Assembly (NCBI GenBank): GCA_016839815.1
Contig: JAEOTM010000032.1
Span: forward strand, 32,001-96,000
Source of the DNA: Candidatus Hodarchaeota archaeon
GTDB lineage: Archaea > Asgardarchaeota > Heimdallarchaeia > Hodarchaeales > Hodarchaeaceae
Length of the DNA: 64,000 nucleotides
Reading direction: 5' to 3'
Notes under the pieces: generated by a model
The model's input: the letters and a program-made list of their open reading frames with translations, nothing else
Databases searched by the model: none
Told to the model about the DNA's origin: nothing
Position numbers and translations under genes: made by a program
In this document: positions 1 to 10,103 of the stretch, one piece after another
Layout of the letters: each line of letters opens with the position of its first letter
How positions within the stretch are numbered: position 1 is the first letter of the stretch

Positions 1-475
1 TAATCATTAACACGATCAGTCCAATTGTGAGCGGGAAGAAGAAAAGAAGCAAGGACTCATTAAGAACATCGGTAGACTCTATACTAGGTGCTAAGGCAAT
101 CAGGAGGATTCCTATTATTAATATTCCGACCCCAATCCATTCAATAATTGATAATCGTTCTTTAAATACAACTGCTGCAAAAATAAATGTGAATAATAAA
201 TTAGTATTGACCAGGGGTTTAACAATGGACACATCATAAGTGTTTAGAGCAATTGTATAAATAATAAAGCCTGTTAAGGCAGCTATGCCTCCGACAAACC
301 ACATGGGTGTGGTGAGTAAGTTCCACGCAGCTGGAAGAACATCTCGAAAGAAATCATTTAGTTTAATCCCTCCAGATCTGAAAATACCGATTTTCATAAT
401 GATTGCAGAACCCCCCGAAATAATCCCATATATGAGCATGAAAATCAATACACCAATATTACTATCCAACGTCAT
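1..475 (-). CDS. EamA/DMT-family membrane protein (runs off the left edge; not in the ORF track)
   Basis: Manual translation from the ATG at 475 (GAGGT RBS upstream) gives MTLDSNIGVLIFMLIYGIISGGSAIIMKIG...YTIALNTYDVSIVKPLVNTNLLFTFIFAAVVFKERLSIIEWIG, an EamA-like pattern. The frame is open to position 1. Confidence 0.75.
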   Translation of the reverse strand, partial: MTLDSNIGVLIFMLIYGIISGGSAIIMKIGIFRSGGIKLNDFFRDVLPAAWNLLTTPMWFVGGIAALTGFIIYTIALNTYDVSIVKPLVNTNLLFTFIFAAVVFKERLSIIEWIGVGILIIGILLIALAPSIESTDVLNESLLLFFFPLTIGLIVLMI

Positions 476-531
476 ACGTATACCTCTCTGTTAATTTTTA
501 TTCAGGGGTAATTAGGGGGAGGATTATACCT

Positions 532-1221
532 TTATTCTTCTTCTTCCAAACGAATTTCGGATAATTCCTTAATTTCGTCCTGAAATGGATTCGAACCATC
601 CTCTTGAAGTATTTCAGGGTTCTGTGTTAAGTAGGAAAGCTCATCGGGGGATAATTCCACAGGAGAATTAACAGAATTAGTTGGTTGTTCAGATTCAGTC
701 GACTCCTCTAAGGAAGGGGAAGAGGAGGATTCTTCGTTCACATTTTCTTGGATTTCTTCATCGATCTTTTCTTCACCAAGAGTGAGATAGCGTAATTCCT
801 GGGAAGAAAGTTGATGCGAAGTATCTTGCATAATCGGCTGTGGCAAATTTGTTATGGCACTAGGTTCATGAACTACAGGTTCCTTTCGTGTCTTACCTGT
901 AATTGATTCATAGGTTTCTTGGTCAACATAAGAAATTGTGGTCTCGTGAGTAACCCGATCATCTAGTAAATCATTATCTAATTCGATGTGAATAAAGAGT
1001 TTGCCATAATCCCGTAGAGGAATAACTGGTACGTGAACTTCCAAAAAATCACGATTAGAAGCCCCAGTATATTGGCTACGTACATGCTTTGTCTCATCAA
1101 AAATTTTTACGCGATATTTAGTAAGCCCTTCATTTAATTTGCAGCGAATGTAAAAAGGAATGGGGATATTCATAACAGAAAATTCGTCTCCCGCATCATC
1201 CACAATTTCTATCTTGGTCAT
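532..1221 (-). CDS. Hypothetical protein: N-terminal beta-rich domain plus acidic disordered tail
   Basis: 229-aa ORF with an E/S-rich C-terminal half containing two LSxxELxYLT motifs. Confidence 0.7.
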   Translation of the reverse strand: MTKIEIVDDAGDEFSVMNIPIPFYIRCKLNEGLTKYRVKIFDETKHVRSQYTGASNRDFLEVHVPVIPLRDYGKLFIHIELDNDLLDDRVTHETTISYVDQETYESITGKTRKEPVVHEPSAITNLPQPIMQDTSHQLSSQELRYLTLGEEKIDEEIQENVNEESSSSPSLEESTESEQPTNSVNSPVELSPDELSYLTQNPEILQEDGSNPFQDEIKELSEIRLEEEE

Positions 1222-1618
1222 GCCTTTCTACTTTCCAGAATTAGTATAATTTGGGTAATCACTCAGAAAAATACTAGGTTTACTTTAAAGATTAGTTTCG
1301 GTCAATCTATTAATTAATTATATGGAAGAATGAATCCCAGAGTACCCGTCTTTACGAGAAATGTCAAAAAAATCGTATTTTCAACAGGAAATCAATAAAA
1401 AATAACCTATTAATGCAAAACATCTATTATGGAGAATAGAAGGAAGGAGAAACCGAAATATCTCCTTCTTTCCATAAAATGGGTTGAATTATGGGTAGAA
1501 ATAGTTGGATATATCTAATTAACAATTGTGAATTTTGATTTAAAAATATTCCTAAAATCCATTCAAGGCTTGAAACTTGAAAAACTAGATTTTTATTCAG
1601 GAATTAGATAGAATAATC

Positions 1619-3334
1619 ATGAACAATTTTCTGAAAAATCCAAAACACAAATTTCTCTTAATTTTTAGTTGTTTCAGTATAAGCTTATTCATATGGACTC
1701 TTACTCCATCTTCTTACCCTATTACAGCAGATACATACGCACCAGATTTTAAAAATGCATCAACAAGTGTTTCAGATACTGTGAATCTCACACTCTTACA
1801 TATTAATGACCTTCATGGATGGTTGAATCCACGTGATGGTATAGGAGGCGTGGCTTCATATATGGGGTATTTTCAAGGGGAAGGATTTGACCCGAATGAA
1901 GAGAATACATCATTCATTCTTCTATCAGGAGGAGATCAAAATACAGGCCCTGCTACTGCGACCTTGAGTAAAGGTGAAGCGGTAATCGATGTAATGAATG
2001 CCATGGGATTTGATGCGGCGTGTATTGGTAATCATGAGTTTGATTATGGTGTAGAATGGATATATAAAAGAAAAACACAGGCTAATTTTCCAATTCTTTC
2101 TTCTAACATTTTTTATAAAGGTACATTAGACTTAGCGAATTTTGCTATCCCGTGGGTTATTCAGAATCACTCTGGAGTAAATGTAGGTATTATTGGGTTA
2201 ACTACTACCTCAACCTCGACTTCAGCTCATCCAAAGGTTACAGGTGACTTTGACTTTGGAGATTACGAAAATGCCTTAAGAGAATATACTCCAGTTGTTA
2301 AAGCTGCAGGTGCAGATATAATTATTATCCTTGCACATGTTCCTCCAACTGGATTAGAGAGTTTAGCTAGCGATACCTCTGATTTGGGAATAACCGTTTT
2401 TCTTGGAGGACATGGTGGTGGGGGTTCTATATCCCACGTAGGAAATTCAATCGTCGCTGCAGCAGAACATAAGGCTCAAGAATATGTGAAAATTGATTTA
2501 ATGATTAATAAGAGTACAAATGAAGTACTCTCAAGTCAAGGAACGCGTATTGATAATATTGACGGCGGTGTGACTCCTAATTCTAATATTCAGACAATTG
2601 TGGATCAATGGGATTCTTTAATCAACGCAGGAGAAATTCTTACTTATTCAAGTGAAGATATATACGATTCAGGTGTCAATTCAGGTATCAGCGCGCTGGT
2701 AACTGATGCTTTTATCCATTATTTTGATTATAAATTTAATTTTGGCATTACAAACCGTGGAGGGGGATTCCGGGATTATTTCAGGCAAGGCAGTATTTCC
2801 ATTTCCGATGTAGTATCAGTAATACCTTTTGAAAACAATTTAATGATCTTTAATATGACTGGTGAAGAGCTGGAGCAATTCAATTACTTTTCAGGGTATG
2901 CGCTCTCAGGGATTCAGCAAGTAAGTGATGAGTATTATATTCAGGAAAATGGAGTATATGCTCCTTTAAATCTCACTAAGAGTTATATAGGGATTATCTG
3001 TGATTATCCTTGGTATGTAAGTTATCAAAACGACTTTAATGTTACTGATACTGGAATACATTATCGAGATACAGTAATATCCTATTTTAGAAAACTTAAT
3101 GATCTCGCATTACACCATGATGTAAATCGAACCTTACTGCCATTAACTACAATTCCCAGTACAAGTACCTCTGACAGTACAAATACTCTTGACAGTAATA
3201 CCTCTATTACGACAGAAAACACAGAGAATACTAGTTCTTCTCTTTCGAGTACCAATGGTACAAGCAATTCATTACTTATGATCCTACTTTCCATACCTTT
3301 ACTCGCAGTATTTCGATATCAGAAAAAACAGTAG
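1619..3334 (+). CDS. Membrane-anchored 5'-nucleotidase/UDP-sugar hydrolase (metallophosphoesterase)
   Basis: HINDLHG, GGD and GNHEFD motifs; NxGGFR and PFEN in the C-terminal domain; signal peptide; S/T-rich linker; C-terminal TM helix and basic tail. Confidence 0.9.
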   Translation: MNNFLKNPKHKFLLIFSCFSISLFIWTLTPSSYPITADTYAPDFKNASTSVSDTVNLTLLHINDLHGWLNPRDGIGGVASYMGYFQGEGFDPNEENTSFILLSGGDQNTGPATATLSKGEAVIDVMNAMGFDAACIGNHEFDYGVEWIYKRKTQANFPILSSNIFYKGTLDLANFAIPWVIQNHSGVNVGIIGLTTTSTSTSAHPKVTGDFDFGDYENALREYTPVVKAAGADIIIILAHVPPTGLESLASDTSDLGITVFLGGHGGGGSISHVGNSIVAAAEHKAQEYVKIDLMINKSTNEVLSSQGTRIDNIDGGVTPNSNIQTIVDQWDSLINAGEILTYSSEDIYDSGVNSGISALVTDAFIHYFDYKFNFGITNRGGGFRDYFRQGSISISDVVSVIPFENNLMIFNMTGEELEQFNYFSGYALSGIQQVSDEYYIQENGVYAPLNLTKSYIGIICDYPWYVSYQNDFNVTDTGIHYRDTVISYFRKLNDLALHHDVNRTLLPLTTIPSTSTSDSTNTLDSNTSITTENTENTSSSLSSTNGTSNSLLMILLSIPLLAVFRYQKKQ

Positions 3335-3353
3335 AATATCTAATATTTAGGAA

Positions 3354-3782
3354 TTATGATCCTGGTTTAACTCGCTTGGAAAAATAACTTACCTCTTCCC
3401 AGTTAGTGTATCCAGCATTATGAAAGCATAACTTACTTGTGGTATTATCCTCAAAGATTAGGGCACTGTACACTTCTATCTGTTTATCATTAAGTAAATG
3501 TTCTTCTGCAGCCAGTACTAATTCTTTCCCTATTCCCTGATTTTGATTTGCTGGATGTACCGCTAATCGATTAATCCACCCTTTTCGTTCATCATGAGTA
3601 ACTAATACGACACCAATCAACTTATTGTTGTCAAATTTCCCCAGTAATGTGACATTTCCAGATTCTAATTGCTCTTTCACACGATCAGGATGATCACGTC
3701 CATCTACTCGTGGATTCAATCCAACTAACTCCCATAGTTCTAACACTTCAGGATAATTGGAGAGAGAAAGCTGCTGAATCAC
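3354..3782 (-). CDS. GNAT family N-acetyltransferase
   Basis: Acetyl-CoA motif A: RLAVHPANQNQGIG. Confidence 0.85.
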   Translation of the reverse strand: MIQQLSLSNYPEVLELWELVGLNPRVDGRDHPDRVKEQLESGNVTLLGKFDNNKLIGVVLVTHDERKGWINRLAVHPANQNQGIGKELVLAAEEHLLNDKQIEVYSALIFEDNTTSKLCFHNAGYTNWEEVSYFSKRVKPGS

Positions 3783-3799
3783 TGATATTTCCCTCTATA

Positions 3800-4624
3800 T
3801 TACTTCTTCCTCAATGATTTCCACTTAGACATGAATTCGCTAGCTTTTTCTAGATCAATGGGTGAATGCAGATTAGAAATATCGTATTTCAATGAACTTC
3901 CAATGATAACACCTGAAATAAGGGGAAATACCGTACTTACATTTTCCATGGTTACCCCACTACCTAAGAATGGCTTATGCTTAGTTTTTGCAACGAATTG
4001 TGTTAATGTGTCTAAAGGGAGAAGTGATCCTGTTTCCCTTCCAGATAATATAATTCCATCTGCACCTCCACGGTCCAACGCATTTCTAGCTGCTTCTTCT
4101 AAAGAAAACTGTCCAAGGGGTGTAGCATGCTTTACTCCGACATCTGCAAGAACTAATACTTCTGAATGTAATCTCTGTTTTTCGTGTATAACTTCCGATG
4201 CCAATCCTTCAATAATCCCTTGATCCGTCACGTATGCTCCTTCCCAAATATTACACCTAATGAAACTAGCGTGATTAAGTGTAGCAATAGTTAATGCCTG
4301 TAAACATGCATTACGAAGAATATTTACTCCAACAGCTATATCAGGAACGGACTCAATTATCTTATTGACAATTTTACTCATTATTAGAAATTTTGCATCT
4401 GAAATTCGTGTTTTGGTATATGGAATGTCGTGAAAGTTCTCTATAAGTAAAGCATCAAATCCTGCTTGTTTTAAGGTAAGCGCATCCGCAATACTTTTTC
4501 TGAATGACTCATTAAAATCGAAATCTGGAGAGAGAGAGCTTTCAAAAGACGGTAAATGTATCATTCCGATAGCTGGTTTCAGGTTCAAATCCAGAGGATG
4601 TTTCGAGATTGGCATATAGGTCAC
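3800..4624 (-). CDS. BtpA/SgcQ family TIM-barrel protein
   Basis: IGMIHLP, ENFHDIPY, GVNILRN, ADVGVKHA and GSGVT motifs. Confidence 0.9.
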   Translation of the reverse strand: MTYMPISKHPLDLNLKPAIGMIHLPSFESSLSPDFDFNESFRKSIADALTLKQAGFDALLIENFHDIPYTKTRISDAKFLIMSKIVNKIIESVPDIAVGVNILRNACLQALTIATLNHASFIRCNIWEGAYVTDQGIIEGLASEVIHEKQRLHSEVLVLADVGVKHATPLGQFSLEEAARNALDRGGADGIILSGRETGSLLPLDTLTQFVAKTKHKPFLGSGVTMENVSTVFPLISGVIIGSSLKYDISNLHSPIDLEKASEFMSKWKSLRKK

Positions 4625-4812
4625 TTCAGATATTTAATTCCATTCTAACCTCTAGCTGTTATAATTCTTAAGTACCCCCACATTAGAAAAGTTAAAACGA
4701 TCATCGTTAAAGAGAATTGAGTGAATGTGATGACGGTTTTACCGGCTGAACTAAGTAGATTACTATTTAGAGATGATGAGTACTGGCAACCTGATCATAT
4801 AGATGAAATTAA

Positions 4813-5748
4813 ATGAGCACGTGTACTTGTGGAGCATTAGTAGAGCATAATGATCCATTCAATCCATATTCTGGTAATAAGTGCTCTTCTTGCTTTATAG
4901 GATATATAGAGAAGAAAATTCTGAATGGTGTGCCTCGTAGGGTAAGAGGTCATCCAATCCTTGTTGCAGTTTCTGGAGGGAAGGATAGCTTAGCATTACT
5001 CAGTGTTCTATTTACTTTTCGGCAGGAACTCAAAATTCCTTCAATAACTGTTGTTATTCTTGAGGAGGAAATCCTGGATATTAAGCATGAAAGGCAACAA
5101 ACAATTCAATATTTAAAGAACCACTTTTCAGGATTACCGATTATTTATACGAATTACTCAAACCTATTCGGCTATAGCTTACCAGATCTTGTTGCCACAA
5201 ATGACGCTATAAAACTTGGTTATACACCATGTGCCATATGTGGTGTATTTCGTAAGCAGGCTCTTTTTAACTTGGCTCTTCAACACGGTATTAATTTCAT
5301 TGCTCTTGGTACAACCTTAGAAGATGAAACGGCTACCACATTGCTGAATGTAGTTAGAGGAATTTCTCGGACTAAAAAAAATCAGATTTCCACATCCAAT
5401 ATCGATGAACATTTTAAGTTTCCAGAAAGAATTAAACCCCTGGCACGTATTTCTGAAGATCTCATCCGTACCTATATAAAAATTAAGCAAATCCCTACGA
5501 TTTCAAAGCCATGTCCATATGCGAAACGGTCCTTAAGGTCAGAAATAACACCTTTTATTTCTTCATTGAAATCTCGCGATCCTCAAGGTTCATTCCTTTA
5601 CAATATTCTTAAAACTAGACATCTTTTAAAGGAAATGACAATACCTCAGCAGCCTCTTTATCAATGTGAGCGGTGTCAAATGATCTCTCATCAAATTCTT
5701 TGTCCAAGTTGTCGTATTATTGTGAAACTATTGAAGTCTGACAAATAA
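4813..5748 (+). CDS. tRNA 2-thiolation-like PP-loop ATPase (TtuA/NcsA/Ctu1 family)
   Basis: SGGKDS PP-loop, PCAICGVFRK, PCPY, and N- and C-terminal CxxC zinc-finger motifs. Confidence 0.8.
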   Translation: MSTCTCGALVEHNDPFNPYSGNKCSSCFIGYIEKKILNGVPRRVRGHPILVAVSGGKDSLALLSVLFTFRQELKIPSITVVILEEEILDIKHERQQTIQYLKNHFSGLPIIYTNYSNLFGYSLPDLVATNDAIKLGYTPCAICGVFRKQALFNLALQHGINFIALGTTLEDETATTLLNVVRGISRTKKNQISTSNIDEHFKFPERIKPLARISEDLIRTYIKIKQIPTISKPCPYAKRSLRSEITPFISSLKSRDPQGSFLYNILKTRHLLKEMTIPQQPLYQCERCQMISHQILCPSCRIIVKLLKSDK

Positions 5749-5874
5749 CTCCTTTGCCAAGATGTAATTAGTTTTATGGCGGGGATACGAATCTATATTA
5801 GCTTGTATTCTTCCTTCAAATTTATTCTAATCTATAGAAAAATGTCTTCAGAAGTAAGAAAAACGGTTTAAGTC

Positions 5875-7746
5875 ATGCCAGAACAACTTTTCTTAGAATT
5901 ACGAGATGCACTAGCCCATAGAAATATGGATAAGGTTAATCGTATTCATAATGGACTTTTATCAATAAAATCTGGTCATAATTTGGTAGAAAGCTTTTGG
6001 AAACTTCGTATCGAAGCTGAAATCTACCATTTCAAGCGTGATTATCCTCAAGCATCGTCACTTCTAAAAAGAGCACAGAAAATTGTTACAAAATTGTCCT
6101 TAACAGACTCTCAACTGGGAAGCTTGAATGGTAGATATGCCTCTTGTTTATATAATACAGCAAACTATGAAGAGGCGTTAAATTTTTATTCTACTGCAAA
6201 ATTATTAGCTCACAATGATATACCAAGGTCCTATTATTATAAAACAAAAATATTACAGTGTCTAATAAAATTAGAAAAGAAAACTGAATTTTTCGATTTT
6301 TTTGAGGAGACTCTTAATAGTCTTACTTCGGATCCCTTAAAAAAAGTATGGGATCACCATTTGAATTATTTATGGAACTTAGTATCAATCTTTCGACGAA
6401 ATTCATGGTTTTCTGAGATCAAACAGTATATATCTAATTATATTCCAGAAAAAACTAAGGATTATACACTTTCTTTCCTCCAATTCATATCTGCTCTAAT
6501 ATCAAGATCCGAACACAAATATGATGAAATGTGTGGACATATTGAACTTTGTCTCAAATACTTCCAAGACAGCTGGGATCCAGTCGATCACAAGAATTTA
6601 CTCCTAAATTGTGCTAGTTTAGTTAGATATCCATTTAGTGATTTTCAAACTGCAAAAAAATACTTAGAACAAGCTTTAATCCTAAGTCCAAATCCAGATG
6701 GTTGGCGAATCCATATTTTAAATTCATTAGGATCAGTACTTCGTTTTACAGGTGAATATTCTCGCGCTGTTCAAGTACTCAAAGAGTCCATAAATCTTAG
6801 TGTCCTTCCGAAGAATTTATGGCAGCTAGGGTTTGCATACAATACACTAGGGATGATCTATACTCTGTTAGGAAGAAATTCTCTGGCAAAAGATGCTTTT
6901 GACTCAAGTCTTGAATGTAATATTGAGGAAAGTAATGACACGGGGAAAGGATATACATATGGGTCAATGGGTTGGCGAGAATCTGTTTTAGGTAATTTTA
7001 AAGAAGCAGAAAAGTATTATACAAAGAGTATTGCTTCATTTGGAAAATTTGGATATATTCCTCCCATTATCTATTTAGCGAAAGCTGAAATCCTATCAAA
7101 TATTTCTGTAAGTACCTCTTCTGAAATAGATGGCCTATTAAAAAAAGCACATGAAATAATATGGAACCGTAACCTTAGACTCGACAAAGGTAGATATTTT
7201 ATCACCCTAGGAAATATTTCTTTCAATTACAAAGAATATCCGAAGGCTGAAGAGAGCTTTCTCAAGGCGCTTTATTTTGAGGATATCTATGAAGTCTACT
7301 CACAAGCTCTCTTAGGCACAATAAAGGTGAATGCTAGCCTTTATGTCAAAAATGAGGATAATAAATACTTGAATCGAGTAAGAACACATTTAACCTCCCT
7401 TAAAACAATTTCACATCGTAATTCATTATTGTGGGCGGAAATGAATCTGATTTCAGCCATCATAGATATGTCTGAGGGAGACCTCGTTCATGCATCAGAG
7501 TCTTTGTCTGTAATTCGTTCTTATTCTGAATCCCATCAATTATCTGATCTTTTTTCCCGATTAGAAAAACAAGAAAATAACTTAAAGATATATCAAAGGT
7601 ATAATAAGCTCCAAGACCAGATTAAGGATTTCTCTGAAAGAGAATATCTCAAATCACAATCACTGAAGGATATGATGCATTATCTGAAGACAATTTCACG
7701 TTTACTTAGCGCCTACTCCTCAGATACAAAATTAGACAAACAATAA
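5875..7746 (+). CDS. Large TPR-repeat protein
   Basis: Repeated TPR-like helices (LNSLGSVL..GEY..A, YNTLGMIY..LG...A, YGSMG). Confidence 0.8.
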   Translation: MPEQLFLELRDALAHRNMDKVNRIHNGLLSIKSGHNLVESFWKLRIEAEIYHFKRDYPQASSLLKRAQKIVTKLSLTDSQLGSLNGRYASCLYNTANYEEALNFYSTAKLLAHNDIPRSYYYKTKILQCLIKLEKKTEFFDFFEETLNSLTSDPLKKVWDHHLNYLWNLVSIFRRNSWFSEIKQYISNYIPEKTKDYTLSFLQFISALISRSEHKYDEMCGHIELCLKYFQDSWDPVDHKNLLLNCASLVRYPFSDFQTAKKYLEQALILSPNPDGWRIHILNSLGSVLRFTGEYSRAVQVLKESINLSVLPKNLWQLGFAYNTLGMIYTLLGRNSLAKDAFDSSLECNIEESNDTGKGYTYGSMGWRESVLGNFKEAEKYYTKSIASFGKFGYIPPIIYLAKAEILSNISVSTSSEIDGLLKKAHEIIWNRNLRLDKGRYFITLGNISFNYKEYPKAEESFLKALYFEDIYEVYSQALLGTIKVNASLYVKNEDNKYLNRVRTHLTSLKTISHRNSLLWAEMNLISAIIDMSEGDLVHASESLSVIRSYSESHQLSDLFSRLEKQENNLKIYQRYNKLQDQIKDFSEREYLKSQSLKDMMHYLKTISRLLSAYSSDTKLDKQ

Positions 7747-8190
7747 TTTCGAGGATTAATGAATCGTATCTTCGACGTAATAATTATTATCTTGGGTCTT
7801 CCCTCCCACTTTTCCCTATTTATCTCCCATTACACCTCTCTTCTCATGTTCTCCATGATTTGCATTCTACCTTAGCCAATTTTAGTAGAACGTCAGTAAT
7901 ATTAAATTTTGGTTTACCTGATCTAAGCACCTTTGCTTTCACTTTTTTTCATAGACCTAGTCATTTCTAGAGGGAATAACCAATAAACATCTGCAGACCG
8001 CCTAAAATATCTTTTGGTGACTTATATACCTCTTAAAAAGAACTGATAGAATCTTTATCTAGAATCACTAGATCCCAATTAAACATTAAGTAAGTGTTTT
8101 AGGGGTTAATTATTCGATTTGCTAGGTATAGATTCTTAATCAACCGTCTTCGTAAAGAAAAATTCTCAGCATCAACAAGAAATTATTAAA

Positions 8191-9390
8191 TTGTATATAG
8201 ATAGAGAAAAGTATTCAACTATAATTGGTGGGATTCTTATGAGAACAGATATCCGTGACTACTTCCCAGTAATTGAAAAAGCAATTTACTTAAATCATGC
8301 AGCTATTGGTCCATCGCCAAAACCCGTAACGGAGGAAGTCCAAAAGTGGATGGTTCATCACAAATCTTACGGAGATATGTATTTTTCGCCTTTAAATGTT
8401 ATGTACGAAGAAATAAATCGAGATCGTGAAGTATTAGGTAAGTTAATTAATGCTCGCTTTCCTACAGATGAAATATCATTCACCTACAATACAAGCTATG
8501 GTTTAGCAGCTATTGCTGAAGCAATACCTTGGAAAAAGGGTGATACGGTTATACTAAACTATTTAGAATATACATCAAACTCTTATACTTACCAAGCTTT
8601 AGCTCGCAAGTTTGATCTTAAAGTGAAGACTATTCCTCATGTTAATGGTAAATTACCTTTAGAAAAATTTCAAGCAGCGCTGGATCAAACAACTCGGTTG
8701 GTAGCAATCTCTCATGTCCAATTTAGTAACGGTTTTCGTAGTGATCTTGAAACTTTAACTTCTCTAATACATGAGGTGGGAGGAGAAATAATCGTTGATG
8801 GAATTCAATCCTTGGGAGCTGTTCCCCTTGATGTTCAGAAGACTAATATTGACTACTTAGCCGCAGGTGGATATAAATGGTTGTTAGCACCCATGGGAAC
8901 AGGATTTATGTATGTAAAACGAGAATTGGCAGATACTCTCCAGCCTTCCTTCGTTGGAAGTATGTCCGACTCTGCGCCTATGAATCTTTCTCATCATCAT
9001 TATGTCCCTGGCCCATCAGCTAAGAGGTTCCAAGCTTCTCTCGGTCCAAACTCTCATCTTCTTTCGGTAGCTGTAAACTTTCTCTTGGATATTGGTGTAG
9101 ATAATATATTTGAGCACTTACTTAGTCTTACTGATATTATTATAGAGTATGTTCAAGATAAGGCAAATTTTGAACTAAAATCTCCAGTAGATGATGTAAA
9201 AAACAGAAGCGGAATTATTAATTTCACCTGTCCGAATGCAGAGAGCATAATCCCTCGTTTACGAAAACTTGAAAAGCCAATTGCTGTTTCTTATCGTGAA
9301 AAAGGTATTAGAATCTCCCCACATTGTTACAATACTGCAGATGAAGTAAGAACCTGTTTAGAGACAATTTCTCAATTAAGTGTATCATAA
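8191..9390 (+). CDS. Class V PLP-dependent aminotransferase-fold enzyme (probable start ATG 8239)
   Basis: YLNHAAIGP, VDGIQSLG, AAGGYKW (PLP lysine) and RISPH motifs. Confidence 0.85.
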   Translation: MYIDREKYSTIIGGILMRTDIRDYFPVIEKAIYLNHAAIGPSPKPVTEEVQKWMVHHKSYGDMYFSPLNVMYEEINRDREVLGKLINARFPTDEISFTYNTSYGLAAIAEAIPWKKGDTVILNYLEYTSNSYTYQALARKFDLKVKTIPHVNGKLPLEKFQAALDQTTRLVAISHVQFSNGFRSDLETLTSLIHEVGGEIIVDGIQSLGAVPLDVQKTNIDYLAAGGYKWLLAPMGTGFMYVKRELADTLQPSFVGSMSDSAPMNLSHHHYVPGPSAKRFQASLGPNSHLLSVAVNFLLDIGVDNIFEHLLSLTDIIIEYVQDKANFELKSPVDDVKNRSGIINFTCPNAESIIPRLRKLEKPIAVSYREKGIRISPHCYNTADEVRTCLETISQLSVS

Positions 9391-9407
9391 GATTTGGAAT
9401 TGTGAAT

Positions 9408-10103
9408 TTACTCCATTTTCCATACACTTTCCCCATGCCAATCCCGGATCCTCTTGATAGGACTACCAGCATAAATTGAATTTGGTTCTAAAACCCTATT
9501 TGCTGGAATCACTGAATTACTGGCAACAATAACGTTATCCTTAATTGTAACACCTGGTAAAATGATTGTTCCAGCACCAATTGTGCAGTTTTTTCCAATG
9601 ACAATTCGTTTGCGGAAAAGTTCTCCTTGAGATATAGCATGTGCCCCAATAATACAACCAGTTCCGATAGAAGTATTTTCTCCAATTTCCATTAATTCAA
9701 CATCCCAGATTCGAGTATAAATGGCTGCTCCCTTACCAATTTTAGCCCCAAATAATTTATAGAAAAGTGAGGGGAACATCTGGTTAATAAACAGTTTATT
9801 GACAAAATAATAAGCAGTATCTGCAGCTGTCATACCGACTCCCCATAACAGTTGATCTCGACCCGTCAAGATTCCTTCTTCTTTCTTCATAAACAATCTC
9901 GCTAGCTTATGAATGATTGCTAAGATGAACAATCCTGTGAATAATGTTAGAGTAATTGCACAGATGATTGACAAATACAGATTATTTACGAATAATCCAT
10001 TGTAAAAGAGATCAAAATACCATACACCGATGAAAATTACTGATGCTAGTAACACAATCTGAAAGAAAACCCAGGTAACCATATTCATACCCTTAGATTT
10101 CAA
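9408..10103 (-). CDS. Membrane-anchored hexapeptide-repeat (left-handed beta-helix) acyltransferase
   Basis: N-terminal TM helices; GAKIGKGA, IGENTSIG, IGKNCTIGAGTIILPGV and YAGSP. Confidence 0.8.
   Translation of the reverse strand: MKSKGMNMVTWVFFQIVLLASVIFIGVWYFDLFYNGLFVNNLYLSIICAITLTLFTGLFILAIIHKLARLFMKKEEGILTGRDQLLWGVGMTAADTAYYFVNKLFINQMFPSLFYKLFGAKIGKGAAIYTRIWDVELMEIGENTSIGTGCIIGAHAISQGELFRKRIVIGKNCTIGAGTIILPGVTIKDNVIVASNSVIPANRVLEPNSIYAGSPIKRIRDWHGESVWKME

Noticed and set aside
27-494. Plus-strand ORFs 27-239 and 285-494
   Set aside because: They are antisense shadows of the minus-strand DMT-family gene at 1-475.
1430-1477. GAAGGAGA...TCTCCTTC hairpin between divergent genes
   Set aside because: Short, low-complexity purine/pyrimidine tracts with no supportable function.
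7747-8190. Small ORFs of 32-38 aa in the intergenic region
   Set aside because: No convincing RBS or motif; expected by chance.
8191-9390. Calling the class V enzyme a cysteine desulfurase feeding TusA
   Set aside because: No SufS-type (RxGxxC) or IscS-type (SSGSAC) catalytic Cys motif is visible.
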